Positions 23,130 through 32,000 of a DNA stretch of 32,000 nucleotides are shown one piece after another. Source of the DNA: Geotalea daltonii FRC-32 (GTDB lineage: Bacteria; Desulfobacterota; Desulfuromonadia; Geobacterales; Geobacteraceae); NCBI RefSeq assembly GCF_000022265.1, contig NC_011979.1, positions 2,130,001-2,162,000 on the forward strand, given 5' to 3'. The notes below the pieces were generated by a model. It was not told the DNA's origin and made no database searches. It saw only the letters and a program-made list of their open reading frames with translations. Position 1 is the stretch's first letter. Every line of letters starts with the position of its first letter. A program made the translations under genes and the position numbers.

Positions 23130-25292
23130 ATGCAGGAAGTAATCCAGATCGAGGATCAGTATTATATTCTTGCCACATCGGACCGGGGGGCAGACCGTAC
23201 CAGGGTCTTGAAGGAGGGGGAAACCTTCGCCATTTTCGATTGCCATGGCGATATCCAGCCGCTCGGCCTGGGAGAGCAGGGCATCTTTCACGAAGGAACC
23301 CGCTTCCTTTCCAAGCTGGAGCTGCGTTTTGCCGGTATCCGCCCGCTTCTGCTCGGTTCCACCATCAACAAGCAGAACGAATTCCTCTCGGTGGACCTGA
23401 TGAACCCTGATTTCATGGCTGATGACTTGCAGATCCGCCGTGATTCCATCCACATCTACCGGACCAAATTCATCTGGAAGGGCAAATGCTTCGAGCAGTT
23501 GCGCATGACCAATTTTTCTTTGGAGCCGCTGAGCATACCTTTCACCATCCAGTTTGCCGCCGACTTTGCCGATATATTCGAGGTGCGCGGCAACAAGCGG
23601 AAGAAACGGGGCAGGTTGATGCCGGTAGTCCCGGAAGCCTCGGCCGTCAATCTCTCCTACCAGGGGCTGGATGGCCAGGCCCGGACCACGCGGCTGGATT
23701 TCTCCCCCACGCCGCTCAAGGTGGGAAAGGATGAGGTCCATTACCGGGTTTCCCTTGAGCCGAAGGAATCGGTGTGCATCCAGATTACCGTCAGTTGCGA
23801 ATGCAGGGAGTGTGAGCGCTTTTCCGGAACATTCGAGGAGGCTTTCCAGGAGGCTGCTGTCAATATCGCTGACCTCAAGGCAGGGTATTGCGAGATCACC
23901 ACCGACAATGAGCATTTCAATCTGCTGCTGTCCAGATCCCAGTCTGACCTGCTCATGATGACTTCCAAAACACCACATGGTATCTACCCCTATGCCGGTG
24001 TCCCGTGGTTCAGCACCACCTTCGGCAGGGACGGCATAATCACCGCCCTTGAGGTGCTCTGGGTCAATCCCGGCATTGCCCGCGGCGTCCTCTCCTTTCT
24101 TGCCAAAACACAGGCAACTGCAATAGATGCGGAAAAAGACGCCGAGCCAGGTAAAATAATCCACGAGACCAGGCTGGGGGAGATGGCGGCACTGGGAGAA
24201 ATACCCTTCGGCTTCTATTACGGCAGTGTCGACTCGACCCCGCTGTTTATCGTTCTGGCAGGCGCCTATTACCGGCGCACCGGGGATCGGGAGTTCATCG
24301 CCGGTATCTGGGAGAATATCCTGGCGGCATTGAAATGGATCGACACCTATGGTGACGCCGACGGCGACGGCTTTGTGGAGTATGCCCGACATTCCCATCA
24401 CGGTCTGCTCCAGCAGGGATGGAAAGATTCAAATGATTCGGTGTTCCATGCCGACGGCACCCTGGCAGAGGCGCCGATCGCTCTGTGCGAAGTCCAGGGC
24501 TACGTCTACGACGCCAAAAACAGCGCCGCCATCCTGGCGCTGGTGATGGGGGAAGAGAGTATGGCGGCGCGCCTGAGGAAGGAGGCGGAGGCGTTGCAGC
24601 AGAAATTCAATGAGGTATTCTGGTGCGACGACATATCCTTTTACGCCCTGGCCCTGGATGGACAGAAACGGCCGTGCCGGGTTCGTTCCTCCAATGTGGG
24701 ACATTGCCTCTTTTCCGGTATAGCAGACTTCAGCCGGGCAGGAATAATTGCCGATCAGCTGCTTTCGGAGCCCTTCTATTCAGGATGGGGAGTGCGAACC
24801 ATCGCCAATACGGAAAAGCGATACAATCCCATGTCCTATCATAACGGCTCCATCTGGCCCCACGACAATGCCCTTGTTGCCTGCGGCATTGCCCGCTACG
24901 GCTTCACCAGCCATGCCATCCTCATTCTGGAAGGGATCTTCAATGCCTCTCTGGCCATGGACCTGCATCGTCTGCCGGAGCTCTACTGCGGCTTCAAGAG
25001 GAGGGAGGATTTGAGCCCCATCCTCTATCCGATGGCATGTGCTCCCCAGGCCTGGGCCGCTGCCTCCGTATATCTTCTGCTGCAGAGCTGCATGGGGCTG
25101 GAGATCGATGCGGGGAACCGCAGGCTCCGCTTTACCTATCCAGTCCTGCCGCCATTCCTTAACGAAGTGGAGATCAAAAAACTATCGGTGGGCGATTCCA
25201 GGGTGGATATCATGCTCAGACGCTATCAGAATGATGTTTCGGTCAACGTGCTGCGCAAGGAGGGGCCGGTGGAAGTGATCATTACCAAATAA
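23130..25292 (+). CDS. Amylo-alpha-1,6-glucosidase / glycogen-debranching-enzyme-like protein
   Basis: 720 aa. The N-terminal LKEGETFAIFDCHGDI...GIFHEGTRFLS pattern and the central GVPWFSTTFGRDGIITALE and GEIPFGFYYGSVDSTPLF are typical of bacterial GDE_N/GDE_C proteins. GGGAGGAG lies upstream of the ATG. Confidence 0.9.
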   Translation: MQEVIQIEDQYYILATSDRGADRTRVLKEGETFAIFDCHGDIQPLGLGEQGIFHEGTRFLSKLELRFAGIRPLLLGSTINKQNEFLSVDLMNPDFMADDLQIRRDSIHIYRTKFIWKGKCFEQLRMTNFSLEPLSIPFTIQFAADFADIFEVRGNKRKKRGRLMPVVPEASAVNLSYQGLDGQARTTRLDFSPTPLKVGKDEVHYRVSLEPKESVCIQITVSCECRECERFSGTFEEAFQEAAVNIADLKAGYCEITTDNEHFNLLLSRSQSDLLMMTSKTPHGIYPYAGVPWFSTTFGRDGIITALEVLWVNPGIARGVLSFLAKTQATAIDAEKDAEPGKIIHETRLGEMAALGEIPFGFYYGSVDSTPLFIVLAGAYYRRTGDREFIAGIWENILAALKWIDTYGDADGDGFVEYARHSHHGLLQQGWKDSNDSVFHADGTLAEAPIALCEVQGYVYDAKNSAAILALVMGEESMAARLRKEAEALQQKFNEVFWCDDISFYALALDGQKRPCRVRSSNVGHCLFSGIADFSRAGIIADQLLSEPFYSGWGVRTIANTEKRYNPMSYHNGSIWPHDNALVACGIARYGFTSHAILILEGIFNASLAMDLHRLPELYCGFKRREDLSPILYPMACAPQAWAAASVYLLLQSCMGLEIDAGNRRLRFTYPVLPPFLNEVEIKKLSVGDSRVDIMLRRYQNDVSVNVLRKEGPVEVIITK

Positions 25293-25529
25293 AAGAAATT
25301 GAAAATCCATACAGCATTTGGGGAAAAGCCGTCTGCCGCGACTTCGTCCGTTCGTTCTGTCGCCGCAGCTGCGGACCTTGCACCGTCTCTCGCTCTGACG
25401 GCTGTATATCAAGGGTTTTCGGCAAAGGTGCTTCTTTCAGCTTCGGGCGGGTGTCCGCTCGCCGCTGCGGCTCGGTCACTCACTCCCGAAGCCACGGCAG
25501 CCGTCCACAGATATGGCGGAAGAAACCAT

Positions 25530-25558
25530 AAAAAAGCCCTGCGCAGGTGCACAGGGCT
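25530..25558 (-). terminator. Rho-independent terminator of the minus-strand porin-like gene
   Basis: On the minus strand: AGCCCTG-(loop)-CAGGGCT followed by TTTTTT. It lies 29 nt downstream of the stop at 25587. Confidence 0.6.
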
Positions 25559-25586
25559 TTGGTGATTCGCCGGGTCGAGCAGGCCT

Positions 25587-26156
25587 TTAGAAGCGGAAGC
25601 CGATGCCACCCTGCATGGTGAAGTAAGGGTCGGAGATGAGATGCTCCTTCATTTGTGCCTGAACAAAGAAGTTCTTGTTCAGCATGTATTCGACGCCGGC
25701 TCCCGGAGTTACACCGACATTGGTTTCATCGTCACTGACTTTACCAAAGGGTGTGCCGACTTCAATAGAATCGAAGCTGAGCTCCAGACTGGCCTGGCCG
25801 AAGACGCGCAGGTTTTTAACCTGCTTGATCGGATAGTAATAGCGGCAACCGACGGAAACGGGGACGCGGCTGAAATCAACATCTTCGTCAAAGCCAAATC
25901 CATGGAAATCGCCTGACCAGGATTCGTAGCCGATATCGCCGCGGATCTGCAGGGTGTCGTTGCGGGTTGCGGAAAGCTGGAGGAATTCGTAGCCGCCGCC
26001 GAAATTGAGTCCCCAGCCCAGATCACTTTCATCGTAAGGGGCGGTGGCAAAGCCGATGCCGAAGTCCAGTTCCGTGTCTCCCTTTGCTGCAAGGGCAGCA
26101 GAAGACATGCCCAATAACAGGGTGAAGCATGCTGCAATCAATACCACTTTCTTCAT
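25587..26156 (-). CDS. Small outer-membrane beta-barrel protein (OmpW/OmpA-beta-barrel-like)
   Basis: 189 aa with signal peptide MKKVVLIAACFTLLLGMSSAALA and alternating amphipathic strands. The C-terminus GGIGFRF ends in an aromatic residue typical of BAM substrates. Confidence 0.8.
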   Translation of the reverse strand: MKKVVLIAACFTLLLGMSSAALAAKGDTELDFGIGFATAPYDESDLGWGLNFGGGYEFLQLSATRNDTLQIRGDIGYESWSGDFHGFGFDEDVDFSRVPVSVGCRYYYPIKQVKNLRVFGQASLELSFDSIEVGTPFGKVSDDETNVGVTPGAGVEYMLNKNFFVQAQMKEHLISDPYFTMQGGIGFRF

Positions 26157-26343
26157 TTTTTCTTCCTCCTAAAATTTTAATGGCCCAATTCTCTAACAGA
26201 GTCTCGTCAGCTGTTAAGGAAGGGCCTGCATCAAGCGTATAGCACAAGCATTAATGAATGTAAACCAGAGAAAAGTTTGCAGGGGCTCATGAGCAGGCAG
26301 GGGCAGAGGTGAAATCGGCAGCAACTGTTGTACTAAATAAGTG

Positions 26344-26373
26344 TGGAAACAGGGTGCTGTTTCATAGTATAAA
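26344..26373 (+). promoter_or_regulatory. Candidate sigma-70 promoter for the carbonic anhydrase gene
   Basis: TGGAAA-N18-TATAAA, about 40 nt upstream of ATG 26414. This is a weak pattern match only. Confidence 0.25.
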
Positions 26374-26413
26374 ATGCTTCCTTGTCGCATGACTTTACCT
26401 GATTGGTGGACCC

Positions 26414-26956
26414 ATGAAACTTCTCGACTCCGTACTGGCAGCGAACAAAAAGTTCGTGCAGCCCAATGCATTTCCCCCATTGCCCAAGTCGCCGAAAAAG
26501 CAGCTGGCAATCTTCACCTGCATGGATACCAGGCTGGTCCATTTTCTGGAACCGGCCATGGGCATCAAGCGCGGCGAGGCCAAAGTCATCAAGAATGCCG
26601 GCAACACTATCATAGATCCCTTTGGTGGCGTCATCCGCAGTCTGGTGGTTGCCGTTTTCCTCCTGGGGGTTGAGGAGATCTTCGTTATCGGCCACAAGGA
26701 CTGCGGCATGTCCACCATCGATGCTCCCCACCTGAAGCAGAAGATGATCGAGCGCGGCATTGACGAGAGTGTCATCGATTCACTGGTCCCCGACCTTGGG
26801 CAGTGGATGGGTGCCTTTGCCTGCCCGGAGGAAAACGTGGAACGGGTAGTATCCATAATTCGCGACAGTCCCCTTATCCCCAGGGATATACCGGTCCACG
26901 GCCTTATTTTCTGCCCCAACGACGGCCATCTGGATGTGGTTGTCAACGGCTACTGA
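26414..26956 (+). CDS. Beta-class carbonic anhydrase
   Basis: 180 aa. The zinc ligand motifs are CMDTR (C-x-D-x-R) and GHKDCG (H-x-x-C). Confidence 0.9.
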   Translation: MKLLDSVLAANKKFVQPNAFPPLPKSPKKQLAIFTCMDTRLVHFLEPAMGIKRGEAKVIKNAGNTIIDPFGGVIRSLVVAVFLLGVEEIFVIGHKDCGMSTIDAPHLKQKMIERGIDESVIDSLVPDLGQWMGAFACPEENVERVVSIIRDSPLIPRDIPVHGLIFCPNDGHLDVVVNGY

Positions 26957-26984
26957 ACTGCCCTGCTGACCACACGGAAACCCA

Positions 26985-27380
26985 ATGTTCACAAAACTTT
27001 TTCTTCTTTTTCTCCTTGTCCCGGTAATTGAAATTTACCTGCTTCTCAAGGTCGGCTCCCTCATGGGCGCCATGCCGACGGTAGCGGTTCTTTTGGCCAT
27101 AAGCCTTGCGGGTGCCTGGCTGGTGCGTCATCAGGGATTCATCGTCCTGCAACGGATTCAAACGGAACTCGCCCAGGGACGCCTGCCAGCATCGGAACTC
27201 ATGGATGGCGCCCTGATCCTGATTGGTGGGGTGCTGCTCCTGACTCCCGGTTTCTTTACCGACTTCCTCGGCATATTTTTTATCTTCCCTCCCACCAGGA
27301 TTCTTATCAAACGCCTGCTTGGCCAATGGCTGCAGCGCCGGCTAAGCAGGGGCAATTTCATTATCCGCACCCGTTTCTGA
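26985..27380 (+). CDS. fxsA: FxsA-family inner-membrane protein
   Basis: 131 aa. LFLLVPVIEIYLLLKVG, LVRHQG and LLLTPGFFTDFLG match the conserved FxsA pattern (E. coli LLLLPGFFTDFLG). Confidence 0.85.
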   Translation: MFTKLFLLFLLVPVIEIYLLLKVGSLMGAMPTVAVLLAISLAGAWLVRHQGFIVLQRIQTELAQGRLPASELMDGALILIGGVLLLTPGFFTDFLGIFFIFPPTRILIKRLLGQWLQRRLSRGNFIIRTRF

Positions 27381-27480
27381 CCTGTCCGATGCATACTTCC
27401 TTTGACTGCATTTCTTCGTAACGCCCCTTTCACCAATCAGAGACGAACCTCTTTTCTATTCAAACAGTACCTTCAAGTCC

Positions 27481-27508
27481 TCAAGTTTTCCACTAATTCT
27501 TCCGATAT
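27481..27508 (+). promoter_or_regulatory. Candidate sigma-28 (FliA-type) promoter for the chemoreceptor genes
   Basis: TCAAGTTT-N12-TCCGATAT compared with the consensus TAAAGTTT-N11-GCCGATAA (7/8 and 6/8 matches). It lies 70 nt upstream of ATG 27579. Confidence 0.3.
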
Positions 27509-27578
27509 GGTTTAAGAATCCGTGAAAGCGAATCGCGATTCAAATAAACTAATCGGCCCTGTAAATGGAGGAAAAGTC

Positions 27579-29219
27579 ATGTCATTGAGAAACCTGAGTA
27601 TCGGCACCCGTATAAGTCTGGGATTCGGGCTTGTGTTGCTGCTTCTGCTTGCAGTGGGCGTCGTCGGCTACTGGGGAACGGGCAAGATCGCCAAAACCAG
27701 TGAAGCGATGATCGGCACCGAATCCAAAATAGGGGAGTACTTTGCCCGGGCCAGGGCCAACATCCTTTTCCTTCGCTTGTATGAGAAGGAGGTATTCGTA
27801 CATGCGGGTGATGCAAAGGAGCAGGATGAATACGTAAAGAAGTGGAATGAGAAAAAGGAACGGCTGGATTTATGGTTTTCAGAGCTGGAAAAGATGCCCC
27901 TGTCCCCCCAGGAACGTGGAACTCTACAGGCGATTCAAGCCGAGATGGTCAAATATGGTGATGGTTTCAAGACGGTTCTGGCGGCTATTGGCAGCGGCAC
28001 GGTAAAAACGACCGAAGAGGCCGACCGGGCCATCGCCCAATTCGAGAATGCGGCCGACAAGATGGAAAAGCAGACTTCGGAGGCGAGCAAGGCGGCCTTT
28101 GACAAGATCCACGCCAAGGAGAAAGAAATCCATCAGCTGGACCTGTACATAGGCCGGGTCATCCTGGTTCTGCCAATCCTGGCCATTGTATTGGCCATCG
28201 TGGTCACCGTACTGATCAGGCAGAGCATCGTCAAACCTATCCGCGAGATGAATGTCATGCTGGACGATATCGCTTGTGGTGAAGGTGATCTTACCAAACG
28301 CCTGATAGTCTCCTCCAACGATGAGATCGGGGCAGTGGGGAAATCCTTCAATATCTTCATGGAAAAACTCCACGACATCATTAACCAGGTGGCGCAAAGT
28401 TCCATGCAGGTGGCTTCTGCAGCCAATCAGCTTTATTCCACTTCCGAACAGATGGCGACTGGTGCGGAAGAGGTTGCTGCCCAGAGCGGCACGGTGGCCA
28501 CAGCCAGCGAGGAAATGGCTGCAACTTCCGGTGAGATTGCCCAAAACTGTACCTATGCAGCTGCCGGGGCAAAGCAGACCAGTGATTCGGCCTCTACCGG
28601 GGCGGCTGTGGTCGAAACCACGGTTAAGGTCATGGCAAGGATCGCCGAGCGGGTGAAATCGTCATCCCGGACAGTGGAAAGCCTGGGAGACAGAGGTGAG
28701 CAGATCGGCGCCATCATCGGCACCATAGAGGACATTGCCGACCAGACCAACCTGCTTGCCTTGAATGCCGCCATCGAGGCTGCCAGGGCCGGTGAACAGG
28801 GACGCGGCTTTGCAGTGGTGGCCGATGAGGTTCGGGCACTTGCCGAACGTACCACCAAGGCGACCAGGGAAATCGGCACCATGATAAAGGCGATCCAGAC
28901 TGAGACAAAAGACGCCGTCAGTGCCATGGAGGAAGGGGTCCGGGAAGTGGAAAGCGGCACGGCAGAGGCTGCCAAATCGGGAGAAGCCATCCAGGATATC
29001 CTGAACCAGATCGGCGCAGTCACCATGCAGGTGAACCAGATCGCCACCGCTGCCGAGGAACAGACCGCCACCACCTGTGAGATAAACAACAACATGCAGC
29101 AGATAACCGAGGTGGTTCAAGGGACGGCCAAGGGCGCCCAGGAATCGGCAGCCGCAGCCAGCAAAGTTGCCAGCCTCGCCGAGGGGCTGCATCAGCTGGT
29201 CGGGCAATTCAAGCTATAG
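27579..29219 (+). CDS. Methyl-accepting chemotaxis protein (four-helix-bundle-type sensor, HAMP, signalling domain)
   Basis: I place the start at ATG 27579 (GGAGGA 6 nt upstream) rather than at GTG 27522. It has two TM segments, HAMP ([17 protein letters not shown]) and the highly conserved hairpin [42 protein letters not shown]. Confidence 0.9.
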   Translation: MSLRNLSIGTRISLGFGLVLLLLLAVGVVGYWGTGKIAKTSEAMIGTESKIGEYFARARANILFLRLYEKEVFVHAGDAKEQDEYVKKWNEKKERLDLWFSELEKMPLSPQERGTLQAIQAEMVKYGDGFKTVLAAIGSGTVKTTEEADRAIAQFENAADKMEKQTSEASKAAFDKIHAKEKEIHQLDLYIGRVILVLPILAIVLAIVVTVLIRQSIVKPIREMNVMLDDIACGEGDLTKRLIVSSNDEIGAVGKSFNIFMEKLHDIINQVAQSSMQVASAANQLYSTSEQMATGAEEVAAQSGTVATASEEMAATSGEIAQNCTYAAAGAKQTSDSASTGAAVVETTVKVMARIAERVKSSSRTVESLGDRGEQIGAIIGTIEDIADQTNLLALNAAIEAARAGEQGRGFAVVADEVRALAERTTKATREIGTMIKAIQTETKDAVSAMEEGVREVESGTAEAAKSGEAIQDILNQIGAVTMQVNQIATAAEEQTATTCEINNNMQQITEVVQGTAKGAQESAAAASKVASLAEGLHQLVGQFKL

Positions 29220-29256
29220 GTTTCGGTGTTAAATAAATTAGCTTATGGAGGAATAA

Positions 29257-30900
29257 GTGAGCCTTTGGTCTGATCTCAAGGTAAAAACCAAGATACTGTC
29301 ACTGGTCCTGATGGCACTCCTGATCCTGCTGCTTGTTGGTGGCATGGGGCTGGGCAACATGAAGTCCCTTGCCGGGAACGAAGGTGACATGGCTCTGGCT
29401 GTCAAGCATGTGGATATGCTGGGGGATATGAAAAACGATTTTCTGGCTGTGCGCCTCAATCTGGTGTATATGCTGGCTTTGAACGACAAGGCCAAAATAG
29501 CCGAGAAGGCCGATGATATTGCCAAGCGTAGCCAGAAGATAAAGGCTGACATATCCCAGTTTGCCAAGAGCGGCATAGAGCCCGAAGAGCAAAAGCTGAT
29601 TGATTCCTTCAAAGAAGGATTCGAGGCCTACCTGGTTCAGGGGAATAAGCTGGCGGAAATGGCGAGAAACGGAGCCGATGATCCCACACTGAAATCAGCC
29701 GCAACCGCCTATGCCACTGCCGCCGTGGCGCCCCTTTATGAAAAACCGGCCACGGCGCTGGATGCACTGGTGGACATGAATGTGAAAGGCGCTGCGGCCA
29801 CCTATGACAAAGATATAGCTGCTTATGACAGATCCTTTATCTTTCTGGTGGCGATAATCGCTATTGCCATCCTGGGACTGCTCGGCATCGGTCTTTTTAT
29901 CGCTTCCTCCATAAGTAAGCCCCTGCAGGAGGTATTCGACACTTTGGCAGGCGTCGCGGCAGGCGATCTGACGGTCCGCACCCATATCAATTCCAGGGAT
30001 GAGATGGGCATGCTGGCCGGAGAAGTGAATGAGATGGCCGTCAAACTCATGGACGCCATGAATCAGGTGGCCCAGACCAGCGTACAGGTTGCTTCCGCAG
30101 CCGAACAGCTCCATTGTACTTCCGAGCAGATGGCGACCGGTGCGGAGGAAGTAGCCGCCCAGGCCGCTACGGTGGCTACAGCCAGCGAGGAGATGGCGGC
30201 AACGTCAATGGAGATTGCCCAAAGTTGTCACCATGCTGCAGACGGAGGGCAGCAGGCTGACGAGAGGGCCTTGACCGGTGTGGAAGTGGTCAAGGAGACC
30301 GTGGCCGTAATGGGGCGCATAGCCGAGCGGGTAAAAACTTCGGCAGGAACTGTGTCCTGTCTCGGTTCAAGGAGCGACCAGATTGGCGAGATAGTCGGCA
30401 CCATCGAGGATATTGCCGATCAGACCAACCTGCTGGCGCTCAATGCCGCCATCGAGGCGGCCAGGGCTGGGGAGCAGGGGCGTGGTTTTGCCGTGGTGGC
30501 CGACGAGGTCAGGGCGCTTGCCGAGCGCACCACCCGTGCCACCAGGGAAATAGGCGAGATGATCAAGGCTATTCAGCAGGAAACCAGGGATGCCGTCGGC
30601 GCCATGGAAGAGGGGGTAAAAGAGGTGGAAGCCGGGACCCGCGACGCGGCCAGATCCGGTGAAGCGCTACAGGAAATTCTGCAGCAGATCAACAACGTGA
30701 CCATGCAGGTAAACCAGATTGCCACCGCTGCAGAGGAGCAGACGGCAACCACCAGTGAGATCAGCAACAATATTTATCAGATAACCGAGGTTGTCCATGG
30801 AACAGCCAAGGGGGCACTGGAATCGGTGGCTGCGGCACGGCAGTTGTCGGTGGTGGCGGAAAACCTGCAAAGTCTGGTGGGGCAGTTCCGCCTGGTTTGA
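29257..30900 (+). CDS. Methyl-accepting chemotaxis protein, tandem paralogue
   Basis: 547 aa with a GTG start 5 nt after GGAGGA. The architecture matches the upstream MCP. The signalling domain is nearly identical at protein level, while the periplasmic sensor is unrelated in sequence. Confidence 0.9.
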   Translation: MSLWSDLKVKTKILSLVLMALLILLLVGGMGLGNMKSLAGNEGDMALAVKHVDMLGDMKNDFLAVRLNLVYMLALNDKAKIAEKADDIAKRSQKIKADISQFAKSGIEPEEQKLIDSFKEGFEAYLVQGNKLAEMARNGADDPTLKSAATAYATAAVAPLYEKPATALDALVDMNVKGAAATYDKDIAAYDRSFIFLVAIIAIAILGLLGIGLFIASSISKPLQEVFDTLAGVAAGDLTVRTHINSRDEMGMLAGEVNEMAVKLMDAMNQVAQTSVQVASAAEQLHCTSEQMATGAEEVAAQAATVATASEEMAATSMEIAQSCHHAADGGQQADERALTGVEVVKETVAVMGRIAERVKTSAGTVSCLGSRSDQIGEIVGTIEDIADQTNLLALNAAIEAARAGEQGRGFAVVADEVRALAERTTRATREIGEMIKAIQQETRDAVGAMEEGVKEVEAGTRDAARSGEALQEILQQINNVTMQVNQIATAAEEQTATTSEISNNIYQITEVVHGTAKGALESVAAARQLSVVAENLQSLVGQFRLV

Positions 30901-30930
30901 CAGCAATTTTACATGGAACTTTTGCACAAA

Positions 30931-30957
30931 CGGGGGTATCATCGCCCCCGTTTTTTT
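30931..30957 (+). terminator. Rho-independent terminator after the MCP pair
   Basis: CGGGGG-TATCATCG-CCCCCG followed by seven T residues. Confidence 0.8.
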
Positions 30958-31034
30958 GTATGACGCTCCTTGCAGGTTGTTGCACCGGGCTCTATTGGAG
31001 GGTATGCTGTCAGAAACCGCAGTCGGAGGAAAAA

Positions 31035-31892
31035 TTGAAATATCCATCCGCAGTCAACCTGCCTTTTAACGGCGAAATCATAAAGGATCGCTTTACGCTT
31101 GCCCGTCCCGGAGAGGGGCGGGGAGACGGACCCGGGTACTGGATCATCATTCAGGGCAATGCAATGGTCGTAAAAGAGGAACAGGGAGCGATTTCCCTGC
31201 ACGAAGGGACCCTACCCTCGTGGCTTGAGGCGAAGAGCGAACCACTCTGCTTCGGCTACTGGCAGAACAGCCCCATCTATGGAGTTGTCGTCGGGAAAAA
31301 TCAAATTCTCCCTGCACCATATGTTGCCGAACCGTTCAATGCGGCGGAAGATGATCGCCTGGACGACTCTTTTCTGACCCTGGGGGGCCTTGCCCTGCAG
31401 ACTCTCCATTGGGAACGGAACAGTGCCGTCTGTTCCCGCTGCGGCGGTAGTCTGCAAAGAATTGAGAACACCTGGGGCAAGCGCTGTCAGTCCTGTGCCT
31501 ATGAACATTTTCCCCACATCAGTCCCTGTGTCATAGTGCTGGTGAAGCGTGGCGATCAATTTCTCCTGGGGCGGAAAAGCGTCTGGCCCGAGGGACGCTA
31601 CAGCCTCATTGCCGGTTTCCTCGATTTCGGCGAATCCCTGGAGGAGTGCGTCCATCGTGAAGTGATGGAGGAGGCAGGTGTCGAGGTGGAGAACCTGCAC
31701 TATGTGGGGAGCCAGAACTGGCCCTTTCCCAGCCAGCTCATGGCCGGCTTCGTCGCCGATTATGCCGGTGGCGAGATAAATATCGACGGCGAAGAGCTGG
31801 AAGATGTGCGCTGGTTCAGCAGGGATGCCATGCCCCCCTCATTGCCGGCAAAGAGAAGTATTGCCCGGTGGATCATCGACAGTTACACATGA
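31035..31892 (+). CDS. nudC: NADH pyrophosphatase (Nudix hydrolase with zinc ribbon)
   Basis: The zinc ribbon is CSRCGG...CQSC, the Nudix box is GFLDFGESLEECVHREVMEEAGV, and the NudC signature is SQNWPFPSQLMAGF. The start is set at TTG 31035 (GGAGGA 4 nt upstream). ATG 30960 is an alternative. The longest-ORF start 30897 spans the upstream terminator and is rejected. Confidence 0.85.
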   Translation: MKYPSAVNLPFNGEIIKDRFTLARPGEGRGDGPGYWIIIQGNAMVVKEEQGAISLHEGTLPSWLEAKSEPLCFGYWQNSPIYGVVVGKNQILPAPYVAEPFNAAEDDRLDDSFLTLGGLALQTLHWERNSAVCSRCGGSLQRIENTWGKRCQSCAYEHFPHISPCVIVLVKRGDQFLLGRKSVWPEGRYSLIAGFLDFGESLEECVHREVMEEAGVEVENLHYVGSQNWPFPSQLMAGFVADYAGGEINIDGEELEDVRWFSRDAMPPSLPAKRSIARWIIDSYT

Positions 31893-31905
31893 AAAGGAGG
31901 ACAGA

Positions 31906-32000
31906 ATGCAGATACTGGCCGTCATTTACCGTCTTGCCGTTGCCCTGTGGTTGGGTGGAGTCGGCATCTTCACATTTATCGTCACCCCTATCGTCTTCAA
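31906..32000 (+). CDS. Membrane protein, 3'-truncated by the window edge (possibly DUF4149-like)
   Basis: The ATG at 31906 has AAGGAGG 6-7 nt upstream. MQILAVIYRLAVALWLGGVGIFTFIVTPIVF is a hydrophobic helix pattern. Only 31 codons are visible. Confidence 0.5.
   Translation, partial: MQILAVIYRLAVALWLGGVGIFTFIVTPIVF

Noticed and set aside
22887-24401. A 504-aa ORF on the minus strand, the longest alternative ORF in the window.
   Set aside because: It is fully antisense to the GT4 and debranching-enzyme genes, both of which carry clear family motifs. Its translation is Gly/Arg/Pro/Leu-rich with no recognisable motif. This is the typical shadow ORF of GC-rich DNA.
25299-25565. An 88-aa plus-strand ORF in the convergent spacer.
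   Set aside because: Its translation is low-complexity and Ala/Ser/Arg-rich. It has no RBS and spans a terminator hairpin belonging to the opposite strand.
27522-27578. A GTG start at 27522 for the first MCP (longest ORF).
   Set aside because: ATG 27579 has GGAGGA at optimal spacing and gives the usual short cytoplasmic N-terminus before TM1. The extension adds 19 residues with no RBS.
1-32000. A search for mobile elements, genomic-island boundaries, prophage genes or defence systems.
   Set aside because: I recognised no transposase, integrase, recombinase, tRNA attachment site, long direct or terminal inverted repeats, restriction-modification, toxin-antitoxin or cas-like motifs in any frame. 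I did not compute composition, and I noticed no obvious composition shift by eye.

Overview
This is a GC-rich bacterial chromosomal window. Gene content and codon style suggest a Geobacter-like member of Desulfuromonadales, but that is inference only. I found no rRNA, tRNA, CRISPR array, transposase or integrase.

Bases 1-16217 hold one large lipid or polyketide-like biosynthetic cluster, and its 5' end is cut by the window edge.
- It contains five radical SAM genes. Four of them have an N-terminal B12-binding-type domain.
- These are interleaved with a dedicated type II FAS/PKS set: ACP, a FabD-like acyltransferase, a 4HBT thioesterase, a FabG-like reductase, a ketosynthase, a ketosynthase-like partner lacking the His-His motifs, and a FabZ-like dehydratase.
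- An LpxL/HtrB-type acyltransferase, a LolA-like carrier and an MMPL/RND exporter complete the forward arm.
- A convergent arm encodes a PagL-like lipid deacylase and the fourth B12 radical SAM gene.
- The scaffold resembles aryl-polyene-type and proposed ladderane-type clusters, but the radical SAM load has no characterised product that I know of. This is the main candidate for a novel system.

The rest of the window contains:
- a small secreted lysine/glycine-rich protein built from 11-residue repeats;
- an 1160-aa divergent GH13 protein and a lipoprotein;
- a 51-aa Cys-rich ORF missing from the ORF track, next to a nitroreductase;
- a GT4 glycosyltransferase and an amylo-alpha-1,6-glucosidase;
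- an outer-membrane beta-barrel protein, a beta-carbonic anhydrase and FxsA;
- two tandem chemoreceptor paralogues, NudC, and the start of a membrane protein.

All family assignments come from motifs read by eye. No searches were run.
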